Shown here in pieces: positions 49,011-58,108 of a stretch of 64,000 bases of DNA. The notes under the pieces are model-generated. The model was not told the origin of the DNA and made no database searches. It was given only the letters and a program-made list of their open reading frames with translations. Source of the DNA: Candidatus Poribacteria bacterium (GTDB lineage: Bacteria > Poribacteria > WGA-4E > PCPOR2b); the NCBI GenBank assembly GCA_965205075.1, contig OZ242036.1:3196795-3260794 (forward strand), in the 5' to 3' direction. The position numbers and the translations under genes were made by a program. Numbering within the stretch: position 1 is the stretch's first letter; every line of letters starts with the position of its first letter.

Positions 49011-50345
49011 ATGAGTAGTCTTTTGTTTTTCCGGTTGTCCTCTACTCTGTGTATCTGCCTCGCTCTTCTGTTTGTAGGCTGTGGAGATGATGAAGTGGAT
49101 GACATCACTGAAACTGATGATGGTGACACTGTCACCACCGCTGAAGAACCGAGCGGCCCAAACATCCTTGAGGGGAAAATCACAGAAGATATGACCCTCA
49201 CAGCAAGCCGCGAACATATATTGCGGGGAGCCGTGTTTGTGGAAGACGGTGCCACATTGACGATTGAGCCTGGCACCCTCATTTATGGTGAGGGAGTTTC
49301 TAACGGAACTCTCATTATCGCACAAGGTGCAAAGATTATGGCTGAGGGAACGCAGAACGCACCGATTGTTTTCACCAGTGACGCGCTTGACGGTTCACGG
49401 GGCCGCGGCCAGTGGGGTGGTTTGATTATTAACGGTCGTGCACCCAGCAACCAAGGTGTCACATTTGGTGAAGGGGATACAGGTGCTTTCGGTGGGAACA
49501 ACCCCGGAGACAACAGCGGTGTCCTCAAGTATGTCCGTGTCGAATATGCAGGTATCGAGTTTAGCCCTGATAACGAGCTAAATGGTATCGCCTTCCAAGG
49601 TGTCGGTTCCGGCACGGTCGTCGATTATGTGCAGGTTCACTTGAATCAGGATGACGGTATTGAAATGTTCGGTGGTACGGTCAACATCAAACACGCGCTT
49701 GTCACGGGTGCACGTGATGACTCCTTCGACTGGACAGATGGTTGGACAGGTAAAGGACAGTTCTGGATCGCACAGCAACGTGGAGATGAGGCTGATAACG
49801 GTTTTGAAAATGACAACAGTAGCAAGAACAATGATGCAACGCCGCGGTCTGCCCCGACAATTTACAACGCCACGCTCATCGGTGATCCGCAGGGCCCCAC
49901 GAGTGACACCGGTATGCTAATTCGTGAAGGCGCAGCAGGCATATACCGCAACATCATTGTACACGGCTTTAAGAACAAAGCTGGACTTGATATTGATAAC
50001 GCCTCAACGATTGCTCAGGCAAACAGTGGTGGTCTGACCGTCCAAAACACCATTTTCTCCAACAACCAGCCGGGGAACTTCGCCGAACCGGACGAAGATT
50101 TTGATGAAGCTGCATGGGCGATGGATCCTGCGTTTAATAACCTTGAAGCGGATGCGAAATTGCGTAACCCATTCGCTCAGAGTGACCCAGATTTCCGCCC
50201 AGCCGCCGATTCCCCCGCGCTCAATGGTGCGATTCCAGTCGCCTCGCCGCCCGGCGATGGCTTTTTTGATCCTGTGAATTTCATTGGTGGAATGGGGCCT
50301 AACGATAACTGGACAGAGGGTTGGACGACAACCGCTCAAAACTAA
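49011..50345 (+). CDS. Hypothetical lipoprotein, predicted parallel beta-helix-like
   Basis: Lipobox LFVGCG. An acidic linker. Repetitive G-rich beta-helix-like segments. RBS AAAGGAAG. Confidence 0.45.
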   Translation: MSSLLFFRLSSTLCICLALLFVGCGDDEVDDITETDDGDTVTTAEEPSGPNILEGKITEDMTLTASREHILRGAVFVEDGATLTIEPGTLIYGEGVSNGTLIIAQGAKIMAEGTQNAPIVFTSDALDGSRGRGQWGGLIINGRAPSNQGVTFGEGDTGAFGGNNPGDNSGVLKYVRVEYAGIEFSPDNELNGIAFQGVGSGTVVDYVQVHLNQDDGIEMFGGTVNIKHALVTGARDDSFDWTDGWTGKGQFWIAQQRGDEADNGFENDNSSKNNDATPRSAPTIYNATLIGDPQGPTSDTGMLIREGAAGIYRNIIVHGFKNKAGLDIDNASTIAQANSGGLTVQNTIFSNNQPGNFAEPDEDFDEAAWAMDPAFNNLEADAKLRNPFAQSDPDFRPAADSPALNGAIPVASPPGDGFFDPVNFIGGMGPNDNWTEGWTTTAQN

Positions 50346-50420
50346 TCAGGATTCAAGGATGTTCAGGATTGAGATGTTCAACAATCCTGTTCAATCCTTG
50401 AACTTTATCTTATTTCACAG

Positions 50421-50921
50421 ATGAAATGGCGAATTGTATTAGGGATAATTTCCCTCATTCTGCTGATTGCATCAATCGGCTGGCACAGAATAAATGCTTG
50501 GGAGGGCAGCTTGGATTCCCCGGTTGCCCTTGGTCAAGCTGTCGTTGACGCGCTGAATCGTGGGGATATTGATGGGCTGCATCGGTTGAGAGTCAATCAA
50601 GATGAATACCTTTCATGGATTTGGCCCGCTTTTCCCGCAAGCCGTCCACCCTATAATTTTACCGCTGATTTTGCATGGTCAAATCTAAATAAGAGGTGCA
50701 TTGTCGGTGCAAATAGCGGGATTGAACAGTACGGCGGTCAAAACTTAGCCTTCGTGGACGTGGATTTTGACCGTCCAACCGAAGAATACAAAGGGTTTAA
50801 GTTGCTACGCGGAAGCGTGCTTACAGTACAAAACGCGAATGGCAAAAAAGTCGAATTGAGAATTCTTGGATCCGTTGTCAAGAAAGGAAACCATTATAAA
50901 CTTTTAAGTTATGAGGATTAG
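50421..50921 (+). CDS. Hypothetical membrane-anchored protein
   Basis: N-terminal TM IVLGIISLILLIASIGW. No recognised domain. Confidence 0.35.
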   Translation: MKWRIVLGIISLILLIASIGWHRINAWEGSLDSPVALGQAVVDALNRGDIDGLHRLRVNQDEYLSWIWPAFPASRPPYNFTADFAWSNLNKRCIVGANSGIEQYGGQNLAFVDVDFDRPTEEYKGFKLLRGSVLTVQNANGKKVELRILGSVVKKGNHYKLLSYED

Positions 50922-50927
50922 ACAACT

Positions 50928-51944
50928 ATGAGTGGTTACATTTCTAGTTATAAAGCAAATAAACACATAGACAAGAAAAAGAGGGCAAAAAGTCGAGAGC
51001 GGCTGGTAACGAACTCCTCCCCACCATCTTCCAGCGCCGGACAAGCACCTACGCCCCGTGTGAGTCGGGCATCCGTCCATGAAGGTAAGGGACATTCTAT
51101 ACCAAGTCGAAGTCAAGCTGTCCCCAAGCAAGCAGGTAAAAGAGGGGGAGCATTTTTTGTCTCTGTTGTGGTTCATCTTGCCGGGGCGTTGATTGCTACA
51201 GCATACGTTGTACAGGAAAAGATCGTCAATGAGGAATTAGTACAAGGAGTACTCATGAAACCTGCCCCCAAACCGACGCTCAAGCGCAGATCTCGTCCAC
51301 GCATTGCCAAAACGACCACGCCTCGAAAGACAATAGACACACCCAAACCGCAACTTCAACAAATCGCTACAACCAGTGCCCGACTCCCAATAGGCAGCGA
51401 AAGGTTTACAATTCCAGCGAGCAGTCTTTCTGTTGGATCGATCGGTGAACCGAGCACCCAACTCGGCAGAGGTCTGTTCGCCGGAGCCCGTCAGGCGCAA
51501 GTCGTTGCTGTAACACCTCAGTTTGAAGCCCCAAAATTTATGAGTACATCAATAACCAGTAAGATTGACACAGGGAACAGTTTTGCACAAATGGACTTTA
51601 ATCCGGAGGCGATGGACCCGATTACAGCAGAGCTGAGAGATGCGACACAGTCCTTTACGGAGTTTCTCCAGTCAATCCGCGAAAAAATCAAACGCTCTCA
51701 ACGTTATCCACGATCGGTCCGGAATTTAGCTGACGGCAGTGAAGCACAGGTGCAATTCACAATTCGGCGCGATGGAAGTCTGCTTGACGCTAAAGTTGTC
51801 GCTTCCTCCGGCTCCAAATCACTTGACGCCGCCGCTTTGGCTGTTGTGCGGGATGCTGCGCCCTATCCCTCTTTTCCCGAGGGTCAAGAGGGATCAACGC
51901 TTCGTTTAGAAATCCCAATCTCTTTTCAATTAAAAACGAATTAA
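50928..51944 (+). CDS. tonB: Energy transducer TonB-family protein
   Basis: N-terminal TM, a Pro/Lys-rich spacer, and a C-terminal TonB domain (QVQFTIRRDGSLLDAKVVASSGSKSLDAAALAVVRDAAPYPSFP). Confidence 0.7.
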   Translation: MSGYISSYKANKHIDKKKRAKSRERLVTNSSPPSSSAGQAPTPRVSRASVHEGKGHSIPSRSQAVPKQAGKRGGAFFVSVVVHLAGALIATAYVVQEKIVNEELVQGVLMKPAPKPTLKRRSRPRIAKTTTPRKTIDTPKPQLQQIATTSARLPIGSERFTIPASSLSVGSIGEPSTQLGRGLFAGARQAQVVAVTPQFEAPKFMSTSITSKIDTGNSFAQMDFNPEAMDPITAELRDATQSFTEFLQSIREKIKRSQRYPRSVRNLADGSEAQVQFTIRRDGSLLDAKVVASSGSKSLDAAALAVVRDAAPYPSFPEGQEGSTLRLEIPISFQLKTN

Positions 51945-52054
51945 CGCCCGATCGCAGATCGACAGAGCAGTGCCCTCCATTGGCTGTGTTTGTGAATTTT
52001 TTCTTTGTCCCAGTTAAATTTCCTTTTCAGAGACAGCCTTCATGACACGCTTTT

Positions 52055-52086
52055 TTGTGACAAATTTGTGACATTTATGGTATATT
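52055..52086 (+). promoter_or_regulatory. Pho-box-like direct repeats (TTGTGACAAAT TTGTGACATTT, 11-bp periodicity) abutting a -10 TATATT
   Basis: Two TGTGACA heptads spaced 11 bp apart, ending 4 nt before tatatt at 52081-52086. Located 70 nt upstream of the porin gene. A PhoB-activated promoter typically has a pho box in place of the -35. Confidence 0.45.
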
Positions 52087-52154
52087 TTATTTAAGTAGTG
52101 TTAAGTGATTAACCAGAATGTCATTGCGCAAAAATGGTATCGAATGGAGGTTCA

Positions 52155-53189
52155 ATGAAAAGATATTTTCTACGCGGCATTTTACCTTTAATGTGTCTAT
52201 TGTTAAGCAGTCCCGCTGTTCTGTGGGGAGATGCGGGTAAGATTAGCGGTTACTTTTTTGGCGATTATTACTATGTGCTGAAGTCTCACAACGCTGAACT
52301 TGAGAGCCGGAATGGATTTCAGTATCGACGCGTCTATTTCAATTACGACAAGGATCTGTCAGAAGCATTTTCGATGCGGTTTCGGTTCGAGATGAATGGC
52401 GCATCATTCCCCACAGATCGTCAGAAAATCGAACCGTATCTCAAAAATGGCTATCTGAGGTGGAAGAAACCCGAGTGGCGGACCAATCTTTATTTAGGGA
52501 TATCTAGCAACCCGACTTGGAAGAATGTTGAAAGGGTATGGGGCTATCGTTCTGTTGCAGAAACGGCGCTTCACATGCACAAAATGGGAAATGGCTCCGA
52601 CTTTGGTATAGCTCTACAAGGCGATGTCGATAAATCAAAAAAGGTTAGCTACCATTTGATGTTCGCAAATGGCACGAGCACAAGTGCAGAAATTGATGGC
52701 AATAAGAAGATCGCCTTTTCACTCGCAGCCAAGCCCGTTACAGGCTTTATCGTTGAAGGATATGCCGATTTGGAAAATGCAGTGGATCGGGGCAGATGGT
52801 ACACATTACAAGGTTTTCTAGGCTATCAACGGGAGCAGCTTCGGGTCGGTATTCAGCTTGCCAATCAGACGCGGGAACAGGAAGACAAGGACGACCTTAA
52901 CATTTTAGTGAGCTCGGTATTCGGTGCGGCGCAATTGCTCGAAAAGAAGGTATGGGCTTTTGCTCGGTTTGACAGGCTGTTCGATCCAAGTCCTGCTGCG
53001 AATAAAGGTTATATCCATTTTGATGGTACAGCAGCGCCAAATATGATTCTTGTCGGGTTGGATTGGAAACCCATTGAGGCGTTAAATATCATGCCCAATC
53101 TTGTCTTCGTCTTTTACGATGAACCGGATAATGGCCCCAAACCTGACGCGACGATTATGCCGCGTTTGACAGCATTCTTCAGGTTCTAG
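52155..53189 (+). CDS. Outer-membrane porin, probably phosphate-selective (OprO/OprP-like)
   Basis: Signal peptide. Beta-barrel pattern. C-terminal ...AFFRF. Pho-box promoter and Pho-cluster context. Confidence 0.55.
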   Translation: MKRYFLRGILPLMCLLLSSPAVLWGDAGKISGYFFGDYYYVLKSHNAELESRNGFQYRRVYFNYDKDLSEAFSMRFRFEMNGASFPTDRQKIEPYLKNGYLRWKKPEWRTNLYLGISSNPTWKNVERVWGYRSVAETALHMHKMGNGSDFGIALQGDVDKSKKVSYHLMFANGTSTSAEIDGNKKIAFSLAAKPVTGFIVEGYADLENAVDRGRWYTLQGFLGYQREQLRVGIQLANQTREQEDKDDLNILVSSVFGAAQLLEKKVWAFARFDRLFDPSPAANKGYIHFDGTAAPNMILVGLDWKPIEALNIMPNLVFVFYDEPDNGPKPDATIMPRLTAFFRF

Positions 53190-53223
53190 CAATGGAGGCG
53201 TGGAACCTGATGTGGGACAGTCA

Positions 53224-53258
53224 GAAAACGGGACCGCTCTGCTCCCGTTTTCTCCTCT
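53224..53258 (+). terminator. Rho-independent terminator after the porin gene
   Basis: GAAAACGGGA-ccgctctgc-TCCCGTTTTC followed by TCCTCT. Confidence 0.65.
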
Positions 53259-53304
53259 AATATCTTCTCACGTTTCACGTTTCATTCGTTGGAGGGGACA
53301 CGCT

Positions 53305-54435
53305 ATGCAATCTAACTTAGAAGAAAACATGCAGCAGGACATCGATCTGATCCGCAGCAATGTAATTGAGATGGGTAAATTAGTTGAGCAAGCGTTAGAA
53401 ACCTGTCTGAATGCGATTCAGCATAATGATCGACAATCGGCTTATGTTGTGATCTTAAGAGACCGGCATATCGATGAGTTAGAGGAGACTCTAGAATCAC
53501 TTTGCCAGAGGTTCCTGATTAAGCACCTACCCGTTGCGAGTCAAATGCGCTTTGTTTATTCGGTTATCAAAATCAACACCGAATTAGAGCGTGTTGGCGA
53601 TTATGCGAAAGCGATGGCTCGGCGATTTTTGACTGTCAGTGACTTGGGCGCGCAAGCCTCCCATCCCAAGCTCATCGACATTGCCAACCTTGCAATTCCG
53701 TTCCTCCGTAACGCCTTGCAAGCCTTCGCTGAAGGTGACGCTGAATTGGCAAAAGCAACGAGGGAAAAGGAAAAAGAACGGGCGATAGATAATTTACGCT
53801 ACGAAATTCACAGTGATTTAATCCAATTACACATCAAGGACGAATTGCCATCAGAGGCACTAGTTCCGCTGGTGACGATTGTCAGTTGCTTGGAGCGTGT
53901 AGCAAATCAGGCGAGCAATATTTCCGAGGAAATCTTGTATATGTGTACCGGCGAAGATTTAAGACACGACTACCAACAGGTGTTGCGTGTACTTTTCGTC
54001 GCCGAGCACGATGCGTGCCGAGGACAGATGGCAGCCGGTATCGGCAGTTCCCTCGAATCGCATAGGATACTGTTTAGTAGTGCCGGCGTGGCGTCCCAAC
54101 CACTGGATCCGAAAACCGTGCAATTCATGGAGGAAAAAGGCATTGATATTTCTGGTCAAAGGTCCAAATATTTAAGCCAAATCTTAGATCTCAAAGATTA
54201 CGCAATCATTGTATCGCTCAGTGAGGAAGCAGACAAAGCTCTCCCGTCGTTGCCATCGCGACCAGTGCGTATCAATTGGGAAGTGCCGGATCCGTCAAAG
54301 CTTGAAGGAACCGAAGAGGAAGTTCAAGCTGCATACCAAACAACATTTCAATTTTTAGAAACACACATCCGAGAATTGGTTCAAGCAATTCTCGGTGATA
54401 ATATTGAGAAGGAGAAGGAAACTGATGTTCAATAA
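53305..54435 (+). CDS. phoU: PhoU-domain protein fused to a C-terminal LMW-phosphatase/ArsC-like domain that lacks the catalytic cysteines
   Basis: N-terminal tandem PhoU repeats (IDELEETLESLCQRF..., ELERVGDYAKAMARRF). C-terminal VLFVAEHDACRGQMAAG aligns to the LMW-PTP/ArsC P-loop V-x-F-x-C-x-G-N-x-C-R-S with the nucleophile Cys replaced by Ala. DPKTVQFMEEKGIDISGQRSK matches ArsC, and the downstream Cys pair is replaced (SLSEEADKA). Confidence 0.7.
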   Translation: MQSNLEENMQQDIDLIRSNVIEMGKLVEQALETCLNAIQHNDRQSAYVVILRDRHIDELEETLESLCQRFLIKHLPVASQMRFVYSVIKINTELERVGDYAKAMARRFLTVSDLGAQASHPKLIDIANLAIPFLRNALQAFAEGDAELAKATREKEKERAIDNLRYEIHSDLIQLHIKDELPSEALVPLVTIVSCLERVANQASNISEEILYMCTGEDLRHDYQQVLRVLFVAEHDACRGQMAAGIGSSLESHRILFSSAGVASQPLDPKTVQFMEEKGIDISGQRSKYLSQILDLKDYAIIVSLSEEADKALPSLPSRPVRINWEVPDPSKLEGTEEEVQAAYQTTFQFLETHIRELVQAILGDNIEKEKETDVQ

Positions 54436-55309
54436 AGTGTTGTGCGCTATCGTTGCGGTAGCGTTCTGTCTGTTTTCAAACGGCTGCACAAAGAAAGATG
54501 AGGCCAGTGAAAAGGTCGTGATTCAGAACGCGGGTTCTGATACGATGGTCAATCTCGCACAGGCATGGGCAGAGGCGTATGCTACCGTCGAGCCCAATGT
54601 GTCCCTTGAAGTTTCCGGTGGTGGTTCGGGAACCGGCATCGCTGCGCTGACCAGCGGCACGGTAGACATCGCGAATTGTAGCCGTCAAATGACGCTGGCA
54701 GAAAACGAACGGGTGAAACAGAACACAGGCGAAGCACCGAAAGAATTCATCGTTGGATACGATGCACTCGCTGTTTACGTCCACAAAGATAATCCGTTGG
54801 CTGAAATCTCCATAGATCAACTTGCTGCTATCTACGGAGAAGGCGGAGACATAACTGAATGGTCTCAACTCGGCATTGATAATAGCGAGTGTGCTAATGA
54901 CGAGATTATTCGGGTGAGTAGACAATCGAATTCCGGGACATTCGTCTATTTCCGCTCGGCAGTTCTCGGCAAGAAGCGCGACTATAAGCTCGGCTCAAGA
55001 GATCTACACGGTTCCAAGGATGTCGTCGAACTCGTCGCACATACACCGTGTGCAATTGGCTATAGCGGCATGGGGTACGCCACAGAAGAGGTGAAGATGC
55101 TCAAAATTGCTAAGAATGCAGGTGATACCGCCTATGGGCCCACCGCCCAAGGTGTGCTTGACGGTACGTATCCAATCGCAAGACCCCTGTATATGTATTC
55201 GCTCGGAACGCCAGAACCGCAGGAACAGACTTACCTAGATTGGATCTTTTCGCCAACGGGACAGGGGATTGTTGAGAAAACAGGTTACGTGCCCGTCGGA
55301 CAGAAATGA
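54425..55309 (+). CDS. pstS: Phosphate ABC transporter substrate-binding protein
   Basis: Lipobox FSNGC. PstS-family motifs (SGGGSGTG, TVDIANCSR). Confidence 0.8.
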   Translation: MFNKVLCAIVAVAFCLFSNGCTKKDEASEKVVIQNAGSDTMVNLAQAWAEAYATVEPNVSLEVSGGGSGTGIAALTSGTVDIANCSRQMTLAENERVKQNTGEAPKEFIVGYDALAVYVHKDNPLAEISIDQLAAIYGEGGDITEWSQLGIDNSECANDEIIRVSRQSNSGTFVYFRSAVLGKKRDYKLGSRDLHGSKDVVELVAHTPCAIGYSGMGYATEEVKMLKIAKNAGDTAYGPTAQGVLDGTYPIARPLYMYSLGTPEPQEQTYLDWIFSPTGQGIVEKTGYVPVGQK

Positions 55310-55367
55310 GTCGTGATAGGTGCTTGTCGAATTACGATGCCGACACGCCAGTGGATGACCATCAATT

Positions 55368-56276
55368 ATGCGAACAATCGTGAACATTTTTCACCAACTC
55401 GAACGTTGGTGCGAGCCAGTTATCGAAGCAATTATTCGCCTATGCGGTATCAGCGCAATTATCTTCGTCTTCGGCATATTCTTCTTCGTCTTCCGCGAAG
55501 GGATGGGCTTTTTCTTCGGCGGATTGGACATCGTTGAGTTTCTCACAAGCCCCGAATGGTATCCTACTTCTCTTAGCAACAAACGTTACGGCGTATTGGC
55601 ATTAATCGCAGGTACGTTTAGCGTGACAGCCTTGGCGATGGTTATTGCTGTGCCGTTTGGGCTTGGAGCAGCTATCTTCGTGTCTGAATTTTGCGGACCG
55701 AAATTGAAGGAAACCCTCAAAATCGTCATTGAGTTGCTCGCGGCGATTCCATCCGTTGTGTGGGGTTTCATCGGCTTAACGGTGATGAACGCGCTGATTA
55801 TCAAGATATTCAACGTCCCAATCGGTTTGACGATGCTAAACGGCGGTATTATTCTAGCACTGATGAGCGTCCCTATCATTGTCTCCATAGGTGAGGACGC
55901 ACTCAAAGCAGTTCCGGATTCGTATCGAGAAGCGGCTGAAGCACTCGGTGCAACGCGATGGCAGGTGATTTATCGTGTGTTGTTGCCTACAGCAAAGAAT
56001 GGATTGCTTGCAGCGGTACTGTTGGGCGTTGGTCGTGCAGTGGGTGAAACCATGGCGGTGTTGATGACAACGGGCCATGCGGTAAACATGCCAAATAGCC
56101 CTTTCGATTCTGTCCGTACGCTGACCGCCACGATCGCAGCCGAATTGGGTGAGGCAGCGGTGGGCAGTGATCATTATCGTGTGTTGTTTATTATCGGCGT
56201 TTTGTTATTTACAATTACATTTATCGTAAACTTTGTTACCGACCTTGTGATTAAAGGCATCCGCGAAAAGGCGTAG
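55368..56276 (+). CDS. pstC: Phosphate ABC transporter permease PstC
   Basis: Six-TM permease with the EAA-like loop (EAAEALGATRWQ). Confidence 0.85.
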   Translation: MRTIVNIFHQLERWCEPVIEAIIRLCGISAIIFVFGIFFFVFREGMGFFFGGLDIVEFLTSPEWYPTSLSNKRYGVLALIAGTFSVTALAMVIAVPFGLGAAIFVSEFCGPKLKETLKIVIELLAAIPSVVWGFIGLTVMNALIIKIFNVPIGLTMLNGGIILALMSVPIIVSIGEDALKAVPDSYREAAEALGATRWQVIYRVLLPTAKNGLLAAVLLGVGRAVGETMAVLMTTGHAVNMPNSPFDSVRTLTATIAAELGEAAVGSDHYRVLFIIGVLLFTITFIVNFVTDLVIKGIREKA

Positions 56277-56295
56277 CGTTCATTCGAAAAATTAG

Positions 56296-57237
56296 ATGGC
56301 AACAGATATAAATTCCTCCCCCACCTCTCCAGAAGTCGTCGCTCCTCACTTGATGTTCACCGCCACCGCACAGAGCCGTAAAAAACAGCTGATGGAGAAT
56401 ATTGCACGGGGCGTCTTTTTCGTAATGACGCTGTTAATGATCCTGCCGCTTATCCTCATCGTTGTATATCTCTTTGTCAAGGCAGCACCGGTCCTGTCTC
56501 CAGAGTTCTTTTTCACGAATCCTGCAAAGGGGATGAGAGCTGGCGGTATATGGGCACCGCTGCTTGGAACGATTTATATTGTGATAATTTCGCTGCTTGT
56601 TTCCGCGCCAATCGGTGTTTTAGCTGCGGTCTATCTAAACGAGTACGCCCGTGAAAGCTGGTTTACCCGAATCATCAACCTTGCAGTCGTCAATCTCGCC
56701 GGTGTGCCGAGCATCGTTCACGCCCTTTTTGGGGTGGGTGCCTTTGTGTACTTTGCAAAAATGGGACGCTCAGTTTTAGCCGCTTCCCTCACATTGGCGA
56801 TTATGACGCTGCCGGTTATCATTGCAAGCACGAAGGAAGCACTCGGCGCTGTTCCGATGGCGTTCCGGGAAGCGTGTTGGAATACCGGCGCGACACGGTG
56901 GCAGACAATTCGTGGCATTGTTTTGCCAAATTCAATTAGTGGTATACTGACCGGGGTAATTTTACAGGTGTCACGAGCGGCGGGTGAGACTGCGCCAATT
57001 ATGTTTACCGGGGCAGTATTTTTTAAGGCTATCTCTGAAGGGGATGTTCTCGCCTACGGTCTACTCGATCGGTTTATGGCGCTCTCAATGCACCTGTACC
57101 AACTTTCGACGCAAGTACCGGGTGTTCCCGAAGCCTTAGAGTACGGTACAGCCGTTGTGCTATTGGGTGCTGTGCTGATGGTGAACGCGGTGGCGATTGT
57201 GCTGCGTGTGTACCTGCGATCTCGCAAGCGGTGGTAG
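56296..57237 (+). CDS. pstA: Phosphate ABC transporter permease PstA
   Basis: Permease with EAA motif (REACWNTGATRWQ). Confidence 0.85.
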   Translation: MATDINSSPTSPEVVAPHLMFTATAQSRKKQLMENIARGVFFVMTLLMILPLILIVVYLFVKAAPVLSPEFFFTNPAKGMRAGGIWAPLLGTIYIVIISLLVSAPIGVLAAVYLNEYARESWFTRIINLAVVNLAGVPSIVHALFGVGAFVYFAKMGRSVLAASLTLAIMTLPVIIASTKEALGAVPMAFREACWNTGATRWQTIRGIVLPNSISGILTGVILQVSRAAGETAPIMFTGAVFFKAISEGDVLAYGLLDRFMALSMHLYQLSTQVPGVPEALEYGTAVVLLGAVLMVNAVAIVLRVYLRSRKRW

Positions 57238-57334
57238 GATTCTAGTTGAAAACCCGTAGCGATTAAGAACTACAAGCGAAGCGACATTTGAAATTCAATG
57301 CTGAGAATTTTAATTTACCGTAAAATCTAAGACA

Positions 57335-58108
57335 TTGGCACAGATAGCTAACTTTACAAAGAAAATTGAAATCGCCGACCTTACAGTCCGATACGGAGAG
57401 ATGGAAGCCCTTAAAGGGATTTCCTTCGATGTATATGAGAATGAAATACTTGGCGTTATCGGTCCGGCACAATCCGGCAAAACAACACTGTTGAAAACTA
57501 TCAATCGTACGATTGAATTGGAGCCAAGTGCACAGGTCAGCGGTTTGGTAAAAATTGACGGCACAGATGTACAAAGTATCAAAAATGTCAACCAACTGCG
57601 TAGACGAATTGGGATGGTATTTCCGCTGCCTGTCGGTTTACCCTTGTCCATCTACGATAACGTTGCGTTCGCGCCTCGTACTGCGGGGATCCGCAAACGG
57701 AGCGAGTTAGACGAACTTGTTGAGCGTTGTCTAAAACAGGCGGCACTTTGGGATGAGGTTAAAGATCGCCTCAATAGTCTCGGTACAAAGTTGTCGGGAG
57801 GACAGCAGCAGCGTTTGACTATTGCCCGTGCACTCTCACACCAACCCGAAATTCTCTGTCTCGACGAATTTTCGATTGCTGTGGATCCGGTGACAACCAT
57901 GCGCATTGAGGATATCCTCAAAGAATTGCGATCCCAAGTCACGATCATCCTCGTTACCAATTTGGTTCAACAGGCACGTCGTTTGGCAGACCGCACCGCG
58001 TTTATATTTGAAAGCGAGCTAATCGAAATCGACGACAACGATGTTATTTTCTCCGATTCACCGGCGAATAGACTAACCTATGACTATGTGAATGGAACCT
58101 TCGGATGA
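57335..58108 (+). CDS. pstB: Phosphate ABC transporter ATP-binding protein PstB1 (degenerate Q-loop and H-loop, intact LSGGQ)
   Basis: Walker A GPAQSGKTT. Q-loop MVFPLP (Q to P). Signature LSGGQQQRL. Walker B ILCLDEF. H-loop VTNLVQQA (H to N). Confidence 0.85.
   Translation: MAQIANFTKKIEIADLTVRYGEMEALKGISFDVYENEILGVIGPAQSGKTTLLKTINRTIELEPSAQVSGLVKIDGTDVQSIKNVNQLRRRIGMVFPLPVGLPLSIYDNVAFAPRTAGIRKRSELDELVERCLKQAALWDEVKDRLNSLGTKLSGGQQQRLTIARALSHQPEILCLDEFSIAVDPVTTMRIEDILKELRSQVTIILVTNLVQQARRLADRTAFIFESELIEIDDNDVIFSDSPANRLTYDYVNGTFG

Noticed and set aside
52040-52050. A third pho-box repeat (CATGACAC) upstream of the two clear TGTGACA heptads
   Set aside because: Spacing to the next heptad is 15 nt rather than 11, and the match is weak, so it was not included in the pho-box call.
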